64,000 nucleotides of DNA from Nitrospirota bacterium (GTDB lineage: Bacteria; Nitrospirota; UBA9217). Positions 51,128 through 59,463 of the stretch are shown piece by piece. Numbering within the stretch: the first letter of the stretch is position 1; each line of letters begins with the position of its first letter. Location of the stretch: positions 451,111-515,110 of the forward strand of contig CAVPKD010000004.1 in the NCBI GenBank assembly GCA_963705595.1, in the 5' to 3' direction. The notes under the pieces are model-generated. The model ran no database searches, was not told where the DNA came from, and saw only the letters and a list, made by a program, of their open reading frames with translations. The position numbers and the translations under genes are program-made.

Positions 51128-51397
51128 ATGTTCAAACTTATACTCTTCGTCCTGGTCATTATCATTGTCATCATATTGAAGATGAACGGTGAAGCCTATC
51201 CCTCATTGCTGCGATTCAAGGACTCCATGGTCATTATGGCCATAGCCGGTTCCTGTTTTGAATTGTACTTCTTCGTGGATTTCAGGCTATATGTGGAGCA
51301 CAAGATGTCCTTGTATAAAAAGAGGAGAGAACAATTTATCGGGAACATGGAGAAAGATTTCAGGGAGATCATTGTAGAACCCGTGCGCAGCGTATAA
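51128..51397 (+). CDS. hypothetical small membrane protein
   Basis: 89-aa ORF with two hydrophobic helices. No homology recognised. Confidence 0.45.
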   Translation: MFKLILFVLVIIIVIILKMNGEAYPSLLRFKDSMVIMAIAGSCFELYFFVDFRLYVEHKMSLYKKRREQFIGNMEKDFREIIVEPVRSV

Positions 51398-51513
51398 TAA
51401 CCTCCGGACAGCCTGCCCCGAATTGGCAGAGATAGAGCATCATCACGCGGTCGTGTTCTTGCCACTTTTCCCCCTTTTTGAGCACTCAATGAAACGGGCG
51501 TTCTATTTTTTAC

Positions 51514-51528
51514 TGGCACGCACATTGC
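51514..51528 (+). promoter_or_regulatory. near-consensus sigma-54 (-24/-12) promoter
   Basis: cTGGCACGcacaTTGCtt: GG at 51515-51516, GC at 51527-51528. The spacing and all conserved positions of TGGCACG-N4-TTGC are matched. Confidence 0.6.
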
Positions 51529-51880
51529 TTATACTATAGTAGTGGGGTAGTAATATGGCGATTTGCAAGGTACAAATGCTAGCCGCATCCTTTTGGACTC
51601 CCTGTTTTTATCTCGTTTTGTCTGCCAAGGCAATGGCTTCATTTTTGCCTAAATTATCATGGCATTATCAGAATCTATTTAGGATAAAGGACGAGCGATG
51701 AGTAAGGATTTAGAGGTTAAATATAAAGCGAGCGCTACAGACGTTGGAAAGCAGTTACTATGAAATGGGAGAAGGTCGGTAAGAAATTTCCCCTATGAGG
51801 TTGGTGAATTTACCAACTGTAGAAAAAAGAGCTGAAAGGTGATCCTGGGTTTTGAGGCGGAGGCAATACAAAAAATGACG

Positions 51881-52218
51881 TCCGGTATGCGAGATGCAGT
51901 GTGCAAGCCCCCAACGGCAACAGAGGGGGAAGCCTAAAGCATCTGCCAAGGGCACAAGTTTAATGTCGCCTTACGCAACTCAAGACCCAGGGTACATCTT
52001 TTCGAGTGCAGTTTCTTGAAACCAAGGCGGAATGCCCACAATCCGCTGCTGGTTGATAAATTTTTACCGAAGAAGTGTGAAGGAGACTGGAGGTCACCTC
52101 CATACGTAGAGGCCCTTATAAAAGGGCCCGCGCAGCTTGGCAGTTCGATAAGCAGCGCTCGAGAAACCCCGCCCATTAGGTCGGGGTTTCCCATTTTGAG
52201 AAATGGGCCATTTCCTGT
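51881..52218 (+). other. hairpin-dense non-coding segment (possible structured RNA; strand not established)
   Basis: Perfect stems seen by eye: GATGC/GCATC enclosing CCCCC/GGGGG; GCGGA/TCCGC; GGAGG/CCTCC; GGCCCTT/AAGGGCC; GAAACCCCG/CGGGGTTTC; CCCATTT/AAATGGG. Confidence 0.3.
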
Positions 52219-52541
52219 GGCTATAACATCTCTTCCAAACACTCCGTCTTTCCCGCATAAGTGAAATCCATTCCGGACTGAACGATCTGTTTCTACTTAT
52301 GGTAATGTTTTTGAATATGACGAATCGCAGCTTTTCCCCGAATCTTGAACTGACTTGAATACTTTCCCAAGTCCCGATCCAGGATGTGACCGTTATTTCC
52401 CCTCATCAATATCCTCATCTAAGCCAGCCTCGTTGTGATGGGGAGGGCATGTACGGTCTGTAAAGCTCGGCAATGTTCTTGATTCATACGGATTTGAAGG
52501 CGATCGATGTGAACGAAAACGGGAGAGCCTCGATAAAAATT

Positions 52542-53684
52542 CTAGAAATGTCCTTCATCAGGCCGTTTTGACCGCTTGGATTTCTCAAGGCCGCCACTCC
52601 TTCCCCATGCGCTCATCTGCCAATTATCGGTTCTGCTTGACTCCAGGATCCAGGGCGGGATGGGGAGGCGCTGTCGGTCGGACAGCGAATACACATAGGG
52701 TTCGTACATCCGGCGCAACTCTTTCAGTTTTTGATCCACCTCCGGCCCTTCACGAAGCTTCAGCCCTTCCGATGTCAAGATAGAGCGCATGGCGGCCAGG
52801 TCCGTCGGCGAAAGACGATCAGCGTTCGGTTCCCGGGGAGGCGAGTGCAGAACGAGGGCGAGGTCAACGATTGCATGCCGTGCCATGGCAAAGGTCAATT
52901 GGGCCTGACGCGAGCACTCTCCTTCCAGGCTGGTTATGACGAACGCGCATGTATCGAGAATGGACGTAAGCGCCGCTAGCCAGGACTGGTTATCGTGCTG
53001 AGACCGGAAATAGACGAGCACCGGAAAAGACAGGTGGCTTTCGAGCAGCTCAGCGGACCAGCGTTCCCACTGATTGAGAAGCCGGGTAAGCGCTTCCATG
53101 GCATTGCCCTGAATGTGCCGTCGCAGTATTTCTGTGGCCGTAGGAGGAGATCCTGCACGCGCGTCCAGGAGCGAGATGTTGATTTCCCGACGGGAAAACG
53201 ACTGGTTGAGCGCCGGGAGGTAGCTGATCACAATTGCCAGGAAGCCGAACCCCATCCCCGCTTCAAGCACGATGAGCGCCCGAGCTGTCGAGGTGGCGGG
53301 AACGATATCTCCCAATCCGAGCGTGAAGAACGTGGTTCCGCTGAAATACAGACACGCGACGAAGCCCACGGCCCCTTCCGGTGTTCTGATGGCATAGCCG
53401 GGCGCCCAGTACAGGAGCGCAAAGCCGAAGATCAGAACGGCGGCCCAGAAACCCAGCAACAGAGGGAGCGAAAGCGGGCCAAAATAACTCAAAAAATTTT
53501 CCTGTCGCTTTCCCGTTGATAAGGCGCGAACGGCCGCGGACCAAAGGCGCCAGGTGACCCTGTAAAAAAGGCGAACGAGCCGGATCCGCCGTGTTACACG
53601 TCGAGGAAAGACCACGGTCTCAAAGGCGTCCCACAAGACAATAAGGATGAGAGCAACACCCAGTATGATTGCGAGGACTGACAT
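52542..53684 (-). CDS. two-TM potassium-channel-like protein (TxGxGD filter) with a large uncharacterised cytoplasmic domain
   Basis: ORF 52542-53750 trimmed to ATG 53684 (GAGGTG Shine-Dalgarno). Pore-like GTTFFTLGLGDIVP lies between hydrophobic helices. Confidence 0.7.
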   Translation of the reverse strand: MSVLAIILGVALILIVLWDAFETVVFPRRVTRRIRLVRLFYRVTWRLWSAAVRALSTGKRQENFLSYFGPLSLPLLLGFWAAVLIFGFALLYWAPGYAIRTPEGAVGFVACLYFSGTTFFTLGLGDIVPATSTARALIVLEAGMGFGFLAIVISYLPALNQSFSRREINISLLDARAGSPPTATEILRRHIQGNAMEALTRLLNQWERWSAELLESHLSFPVLVYFRSQHDNQSWLAALTSILDTCAFVITSLEGECSRQAQLTFAMARHAIVDLALVLHSPPREPNADRLSPTDLAAMRSILTSEGLKLREGPEVDQKLKELRRMYEPYVYSLSDRQRLPIPPWILESSRTDNWQMSAWGRSGGLEKSKRSKRPDEGHF

Positions 53685-53900
53685 AGCGACACCTCTGCGG
53701 CGGGTCGAAGAGAAAAGATCGTCTCGAGAGCATTGCTGCCTTTCTAGCACTTTCCTGCTGAACCGCTTGTACTTAAATTATATCAAATCGGAGCGGGAGA
53801 AATCTCGCGACATAAATGGAGGAAGTGAGACAGCGTGACAAGAAGACCGGGCTGAAGAGAATCTCACTATTTCATGATCTGGAACAGATTGTTGTACTCA

Positions 53901-54209
53901 TCAGTCCATACGCGAAGTTCCGGCCTGAAGGGGAGTCACGAACCGGCTTGCTGAATTGACGGAGACATGATGGGTTTTGATGATACGAGCGTCCACAGCC
54001 CGGTAGATCGTGCGTTCATTGTCCTTTTCATTCGAGATGAGGATGGCATGCTTGCCGAGTGCGCAGCGCAGGGTTTCTACAATGGGCGCGAGGTCTAGGT
54101 GCGTGTTCGTAATATGGAGCGTCAGAATGCCGTCGGGTCGGAGGTGACGGGGATAGAATTCCAGCGCCTGTCTAGCGAGCATAGGACCGGTCAAACGTAT
54201 CCGGTGCAA
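53901..54209 (-). pseudogene. 3' remnant of a class I SAM-dependent methyltransferase / spermidine-synthase-like gene
   Basis: A 102-codon ORF with no plausible start. L.PDGILTLHITN...L resembles the C-terminal part of such enzymes. The N-terminal SAM-binding part is absent. Confidence 0.4.
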
Positions 54210-54276
54210 GGTTTTCCGATTTCATCTTTACCTGTTCGCAAAATGCAATAAAGTGAAAAGTTGCAAATGTTGGAAA

Positions 54277-54469
54277 TTGACGACTACTCATATATATGAT
54301 TAAATTTAACGAAATCCCGATAAAGCCAAACCTTGTGAGGAGGGGACGGAATAATAGAATTCAAAGCAGCAAAAGACGCGATCCCCGGAAAGAAATAAGG
54401 TTAAGCCGGATATGTCCGTTTGCGGCACTTAAGATACGTTATCACAAATATTTAAAAGGAGGGAACAAT
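54277..54469 (+). promoter_or_regulatory. promoter plus about 158-nt 5' leader (copy B of the conserved leader)
   Basis: TTGACG (54277-54282), 17 nt, TTAAAT (54300-54305). Conserved GAAATCCCGATAAAGCCAAACCTTGTGAGGAGGGGACGGA from about 54311. Confidence 0.4.
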
Positions 54470-54757
54470 ATGAAGAGCAGAGAGGAACATATCGATAAGT
54501 TAGCTGCGCAGCTCAAGGAGTGGTCCACCAAAATCGATGAGCTTGAGTCTAAGGCAAGTGCTGCCAAGGCTGATGTTAAGACCAACTATGACAACCAGAT
54601 AAGGCAACTCAAGGATAAACGGGATACCGCGATGAAGAAACTTCAAGAGCTTAAGGGTGCAAGCGCTGGTGCATGGGACAATCTTAAGGCGGGCGCGGAA
54701 ACGGCCTGGGCAGACCTTAAGAACGCCGTCACTGCAGCGAAAGAGAGGTTTAAATAG
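54470..54757 (+). CDS. hypothetical 95-aa coiled-coil protein
   Basis: ORF 54296-54757 trimmed to ATG 54470, which follows AAAGGAGGG. Heptad-rich Lys/Glu/Ala sequence. Confidence 0.7.
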   Translation: MKSREEHIDKLAAQLKEWSTKIDELESKASAAKADVKTNYDNQIRQLKDKRDTAMKKLQELKGASAGAWDNLKAGAETAWADLKNAVTAAKERFK

Positions 54758-55071
54758 CCGCGCGGGCCGCGCGGACAGGGAAACTAACGAGGAGTCTAAG
54801 AGGGCCCGGTAAAGATCGAAGTTAAGTGCAGGTTAGCAATCAGGTTCACTATATAAAAACCTGCCAGGATTGACATGAGGATGGCAAATACTCACTGCAA
54901 GTGCTATTTTTTAATGCAGTTTGCGGGCAAGTAGTACTTCCTGTAGTCTGCGCTTTTCAGAACTGAACTATTGGTGCACAATATAACTAGTAATTCGTAA
55001 GAGCGTGTCCACACCGTTCGGATATATGGAGTCGGCTTAATAAGTATTTTGACGAGACGAAGGAGATAACT

Positions 55072-55473
55072 ATGAAAGCAACAGCGGGTTTGTGGATTGA
55101 CCACAAAAAAGCTGTGATCGTGGTTGTTACAGACAAAGGGGAAGAAATAAAACTGATAATATCAAAGGCTGAAAAACAGCCCGGACGTTATGGTGGTTTA
55201 CGTACTACGGCTCCCTATGAAAAACAAATTCTGGCAGATGACAGCCTAGAGAGGACGTTTATGGGGCATCTTAACATTTACTATGATGCTGTAATTTCCT
55301 GTATTCGTGATGCAGAGGCTATTATGATATTTGGTCCTGGTGAAGCGAAAGGCGAGCTGAAAAAGCGTATCAAAAAAAACAAGCTCAGTGGACGCATCGT
55401 AGATATTGAAACAGTTGACAAGATGACTCACCGCCAGATTGCAGCGAGAGTTCGGCAGTACTTTTTAAAATAG
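55072..55473 (+). CDS. hypothetical protein, possibly host-attachment-protein / bacterial eRF1-like family
   Basis: Intact 133-aa ORF with GAAGGAG Shine-Dalgarno. LWIDHKKAVIV..., IMIFGPGEAKGELKKRI and VDKMTHRQIAARV resemble that family's layout (from memory, weak). Confidence 0.5.
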   Translation: MKATAGLWIDHKKAVIVVVTDKGEEIKLIISKAEKQPGRYGGLRTTAPYEKQILADDSLERTFMGHLNIYYDAVISCIRDAEAIMIFGPGEAKGELKKRIKKNKLSGRIVDIETVDKMTHRQIAARVRQYFLK

Positions 55474-55640
55474 AGTCCGGCCATAGGATCGAGATAGAAA
55501 AACTAAAACGATAATTACTGTATTGCTGTTTTTCAGCTGTGATTTCAACACACCGCAATTTGCTTGCAAGACCCTCAAAATATTCCGCTAAACTTTATGT
55601 TGATTTTTGTCAAGAGTCCTGCTACGATTAAAGCCTTGAT

Positions 55641-56279
55641 ATGGGAAAAAATGGCAGAACTTCTACAGGGTTTTTTATTAGGCCGATCGAGCTTCTCATT
55701 TTTATAACGGCTTCAGTATTCGGATCTGGAGCTCTCGTCAACCTCATTTTATCAATTTTCCCTTTTTTATCCATGCAAATGTTCGCACTTTTGGACGCGG
55801 CGTTTCTGACAGTTATACTTTTCCCGATAATTTATTATCTTGCATATCAGCCATTGACATTATATATCGAAGAGCTTAAACGGACAGAGGAGACATTGCA
55901 GGGGAGCGAAGCGAAGTATCGTTCCCTCGTAGAGACTACCGATGATTCAATATATCTGGTTAATAGGAAGTGCGAGTACTTATTTATGAACGCGAAGCAT
56001 CAATCCAGACTATCTTTTATTTTCGATACAGAATATGTAGGTAGAGCCTACAGTGACTTTCATTCACCAGAAGAAACAAAAGTGTTTAGCGATGAAGTAA
56101 GCAAGATATTTGAGACAGGGGAACCGGTACAGCACGAACATAGAAGTCAAAGGGACGGTCATTACTTCCTTCGTACATTGAGCCCGATTAAGGGACCGAA
56201 CAAAGAAGTAGTAGCCGTGAGTGTCGTTTCAAAAGACATCAGTGTACTACCACACCTCAAGGGGCGGGACATCTTTTAG
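55641..56279 (+). CDS. membrane-anchored PAS-domain protein lacking any output domain (probably a truncated sensor kinase)
   Basis: 212-aa ORF with two TM helices, then SEAKYRSLVETTDDSIYLVNRKCEYLFMN... (PAS). It ends right after the PAS fold. Confidence 0.65.
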   Translation: MGKNGRTSTGFFIRPIELLIFITASVFGSGALVNLILSIFPFLSMQMFALLDAAFLTVILFPIIYYLAYQPLTLYIEELKRTEETLQGSEAKYRSLVETTDDSIYLVNRKCEYLFMNAKHQSRLSFIFDTEYVGRAYSDFHSPEETKVFSDEVSKIFETGEPVQHEHRSQRDGHYFLRTLSPIKGPNKEVVAVSVVSKDISVLPHLKGRDIF

Positions 56280-56498
56280 CGCAACTTGAAGAAGCTAAGC
56301 CGCGCAGACGGTTCCTTCTCCTTTCTTTCGATGATGCCGCATATATAGTTCAATCATACAGGGGTTTTACTTCACCCTGACTGTTCGCGCACAACCCGAA
56401 TTTAATAGCATCTACCCATAAAATCCTCCCTATTTCTCCTTTCCTCAAGCAGCTGTCGTTTCTATCTTTAGAAATATTCCTTACAGGAGATTTCCCTC

Positions 56499-56544
56499 TT
56501 GACAAAAAATGTAACATATGTTACATTATGTTCAGATGTAACAT
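56499..56544 (+). promoter_or_regulatory. promoter with an 18-bp perfect palindromic operator plus a third half-site, upstream of the chr module
   Basis: TTGACA (56499-56504), 17 nt, TACATT. ATGTAACATATGTTACAT at 56509-56526. A further ATGTAACAT at 56536-56544. Confidence 0.55.
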
Positions 56545-56562
56545 AAATTAGGGAGGTGCCCC

Positions 56563-56823
56563 ATGAAAAGGTTTCTGAATAGGATCACGGATATGCTGGC
56601 TGATGTGGCCCTGTTGGAGATGGGAGTTAATGTGGCCACGCACGTTGCGAAAGCGGAGACGGTGCGTGAAACACTCGAAGAGAACCTCATCGAGGTAGCG
56701 TTCGCGGAGGCGGCGGACTATGACGATATCCACAAGGCAATCCTGAGAGAACACCAGTCGGAGAGGGATATCTCCCATCCCGACGACTGCCAGTACGGCG
56801 ACAACGATATTTGCTTCGTATAG
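56563..56823 (+). CDS. hypothetical acidic 86-aa protein, first gene of the chr module
   Basis: Intact ORF with a GGGAGG Shine-Dalgarno. No family recognised. Confidence 0.6.
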   Translation: MKRFLNRITDMLADVALLEMGVNVATHVAKAETVRETLEENLIEVAFAEAADYDDIHKAILREHQSERDISHPDDCQYGDNDICFV

Positions 56824-56878
56824 GCGCGCGGCCATAAAGACTGCATTGAATTGATTATGACAGAGGGAGACCTACCCC

Positions 56879-57859
56879 ATGCCGAAAACAATATCCCAGG
56901 AATGGCTTCTCGTCTTTTACAGTGTCCCATCTAATCCCGTCAGCAACCGTATGAAGATATGGCGGAAGCTCGCGAAGGTTGGTGCAGTGCAGCTCAAAGG
57001 CTCGGTCTATATTCTGCCAGCCACTGAGGAGCATGAGGAGTTCTGTCAATGGCTTATCGGAGAGGTCAAGTCGATGGGCGGGGACGGGGCGTTCGTCAGG
57101 AGCGCCGAGATCAAAACCATGACCGATACCGACATCCGGCAGCTTTTTACCACGCAAGCGGACCGGGAATACCATCGGCTTGAAAAAGTAATCGATGTTT
57201 TCGAGCGGAAGATCCAGAGCATCAGGAAGGGGTCGAAAAGCGAGGCAGTCAAGCATCTCGCGGATCAAGCAGCAAAGCTTACGAAAGAATTCGAGGAGCT
57301 CCGAAAGCGCGATTATTTCGAATCTTCAACAGGACACATTCTGAAAAAACGAATTCAGGCGCTTGAAGCCGCACTCCGGGATGCAGGGGGAAAAGCTCCG
57401 GAGGGGGCCGCCTCGATCGTGGCAAAGCGGACGCAGGACTATCGGGGGAAAATCTGGGCCACCAGAAAGAACCCCTTCGTGGACCGCATGGCATCGGCCT
57501 GGCTCATCAAACGGTTTATTGACCCGAAAGCGTCATTTGTGTTCATTGACGAGCGCGATGTCGCATCGCTTGACAATACTACCGTGGCCTTCGACATGCG
57601 CGGCGCTGCATTCACCCATGTCGGCGATCTCTGCACATTCGAAGTGCTCGTAAAATCATTCGGGATTAAAGACAAGGCGGTTAAAAAGATAGCAGAGATC
57701 GTGCATGATGTCGACGTGAAGGACGATAAGTACGGCAAACCGGAAGCAACCGGTGTGGAGGATATCCTCGCAGGCATCCGCAAGACAGCAAAGAACGACA
57801 CCGATGGACTTGAACGGGGCATGGCGGCGTTCGAGATGTTGTATCAATCGAAATCTTGA
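56879..57859 (+). CDS. chrB: chromate-resistance regulator ChrB
   Basis: Intact 326-aa ORF with a ChrB-type N-terminus (WLLVFYSVPSNPVSNRMKIWRKLAKVGAVQLKGSVYILP) and a ChrB C-domain (WATRKNPFVDRMASAWLIKRFIDP). Confidence 0.85.
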   Translation: MPKTISQEWLLVFYSVPSNPVSNRMKIWRKLAKVGAVQLKGSVYILPATEEHEEFCQWLIGEVKSMGGDGAFVRSAEIKTMTDTDIRQLFTTQADREYHRLEKVIDVFERKIQSIRKGSKSEAVKHLADQAAKLTKEFEELRKRDYFESSTGHILKKRIQALEAALRDAGGKAPEGAASIVAKRTQDYRGKIWATRKNPFVDRMASAWLIKRFIDPKASFVFIDERDVASLDNTTVAFDMRGAAFTHVGDLCTFEVLVKSFGIKDKAVKKIAEIVHDVDVKDDKYGKPEATGVEDILAGIRKTAKNDTDGLERGMAAFEMLYQSKS

Positions 57860-57885
57860 TAATTCAATATAATGGAGAGACACCG

Positions 57886-59154
57886 ATGACAGGTGACAAG
57901 ATCACATTTCGAGAGGCATTGCTTTACTGGCTAAAGCTCGGCTTCATCAGTTTCGGCGGCCCCACTGGCCAGATAGCAATGATGCACAAGGAGGTGGTGG
58001 AGAACAAGAAGTGTATGCCTGAAGACCACTTCCTGCATGCCCTGAATTTCTGTATGCTTCTTCCCGGCCCTGAAGCGCAGCAGCTAGCGACCTATGTCGG
58101 ATGGCAACTGCATGGAACGCGGGGCGCGCTAGCGGCAGGAATACTGTTTGTGCTGCCGTCAATCTTTATCCTGTGGGGTCTCAGCTGGATCTATGTCGCG
58201 TTCGGCATGGTCCCATCCGTTGCCGCGCTCTTCTTCGGACTCAAACCCGCTGTCGCCGCCATCGTTGCGGAAGCGGTCATTCGCATAGGTAAGAAATCTC
58301 TAAAGAATAAAGCCCTGGTAGCGCTTGCCGCACTTTCGTTCGTTGCTATTTATTTTCTGAATACTCCGTTCCCCGTGATCGTGCTCGCTGCGGGTGTCAT
58401 TGGGTACGTTCTGACCTCTCGCTTGACCGGAGTAACTCTTCCTTCAGCAAACGATGTGGATGATACGGCGGCTGTCGTGTCGAATGGCTGGCTCCGCGCT
58501 CTCAAAATCACCACACTCGGGCTCCTGCTCTGGTTTCTGCCGATCCTCTTGCTCGGCCTCTGGAGGGGATGGGATGATATCCTCGTGGACATCGGTGTGC
58601 TCTTCAGCAAGGCGGCAGTCGTCACCTTCGGCGGGGCATATGCAGTGCTTGGCTACATCAGCCAACAGGCCGTAAATGCCTACGGCTGGCTCCTGCCTGA
58701 GCAGATGATGGACGGTCTGGGTCTGGCAGAGACCACGCCTGGCCCGCTCATCATGGTGAACCAGTTCGTGGCTTATGTTGCCGCTTATACCCATACTCCC
58801 GGCCTTGCTCCCGCTTTAGCGGGCGCCATCGGAGGGCTTCTTGCGACATGGGTGACGTTCACACCGTCCATGCTTTGGATTTTCATCGGCGCGCCGTACA
58901 TTGAAGCGCTCCGACGGAACGTGAAGCTCGCCTCCGCCCTGACGGCGATCACCGCTGCGGTCGTTGGTGTGGTGATGAACCTTGCCGTTACCTTCACCCG
59001 ACACACGCTCATTCCGGATACCGGAGGATTTGAATGGTACGCACTCATCGCTTCAATCGTTGCATTTATCGGAATGACGCGTCTCAAATGGGGCATGATC
59101 CCGGTGATCGTGGGGTCTGCACTGGCAGGGCTGATTTGGAAAACAATACTATAA
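57886..59154 (+). CDS. chrA: chromate ion transporter ChrA (two CHR domains)
   Basis: ORF 57856-59154 trimmed to ATG 57886. FREALLYWLKLGFISFGGPTGQIAMMH and a second repeat VVTFGGAYAVLGYI...ETTPGPLIMV. Confidence 0.9.
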   Translation: MTGDKITFREALLYWLKLGFISFGGPTGQIAMMHKEVVENKKCMPEDHFLHALNFCMLLPGPEAQQLATYVGWQLHGTRGALAAGILFVLPSIFILWGLSWIYVAFGMVPSVAALFFGLKPAVAAIVAEAVIRIGKKSLKNKALVALAALSFVAIYFLNTPFPVIVLAAGVIGYVLTSRLTGVTLPSANDVDDTAAVVSNGWLRALKITTLGLLLWFLPILLLGLWRGWDDILVDIGVLFSKAAVVTFGGAYAVLGYISQQAVNAYGWLLPEQMMDGLGLAETTPGPLIMVNQFVAYVAAYTHTPGLAPALAGAIGGLLATWVTFTPSMLWIFIGAPYIEALRRNVKLASALTAITAAVVGVVMNLAVTFTRHTLIPDTGGFEWYALIASIVAFIGMTRLKWGMIPVIVGSALAGLIWKTIL

Positions 59155-59173
59155 GACCCACCAGGTGTATGAA

Positions 59174-59449
59174 ATGAGTCGATGGTTTATTGTTACCCTG
59201 GCGATAATCTGCTTTCCGCTTGGTGTGCTTGCTGGTCCCCCAATTCTTACTGATGACACAGGGACGCCGGGGCCGGAGAAGTGAGAGACGAACGTGGGCT
59301 TTACCGTCGAAATGCGACAGGATGCGACCCGCTTCGAAACGCCTGACTTCGATCTGAATTATGAATGTGAAGATCAGCAGGGCGTAAATTACAGGCAAAT
59401 TGCTTCCGGATACGCTATACTGTCATTTAATATGCAGCGAAATCAATAA
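59174..59449 (+). pseudogene. 5' remnant of an outer-membrane transporter-like gene (MetA-pathway/phenol-degradation-like OMP family, tentative) with an in-frame TGA
   Basis: Signal-like MSRWFIVTLAIICFPLGVLAG, then PPILTDDTGTPGPEK, TGA (59282-59284), then ETNVGFTVEMRQD...FDLNY in the same frame. The total is only about 90 codons. Confidence 0.35.
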
Positions 59450-59463
59450 TCAAAGGAGCAACC

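Noticed and set aside
51901-52260. GTGCA at 51901 plus heavy secondary structure, considered as an ORF-less group II intron. Also checked for tmRNA, RNase P, SRP and 6S hallmarks.
   Set aside because: I found no domain V-like sequence, no reverse transcriptase, and none of the conserved strings I remember for those RNAs. I kept it only as an unclassified hairpin cluster.
54296-54469. N-terminal extension of the coiled-coil gene as given by the ORF track.
   Set aside because: The strong AAAGGAGGG Shine-Dalgarno precedes ATG 54470. ATG 54296 lies inside the predicted promoter spacer. The extension is Arg/Lys-rich and overlaps the conserved leader.
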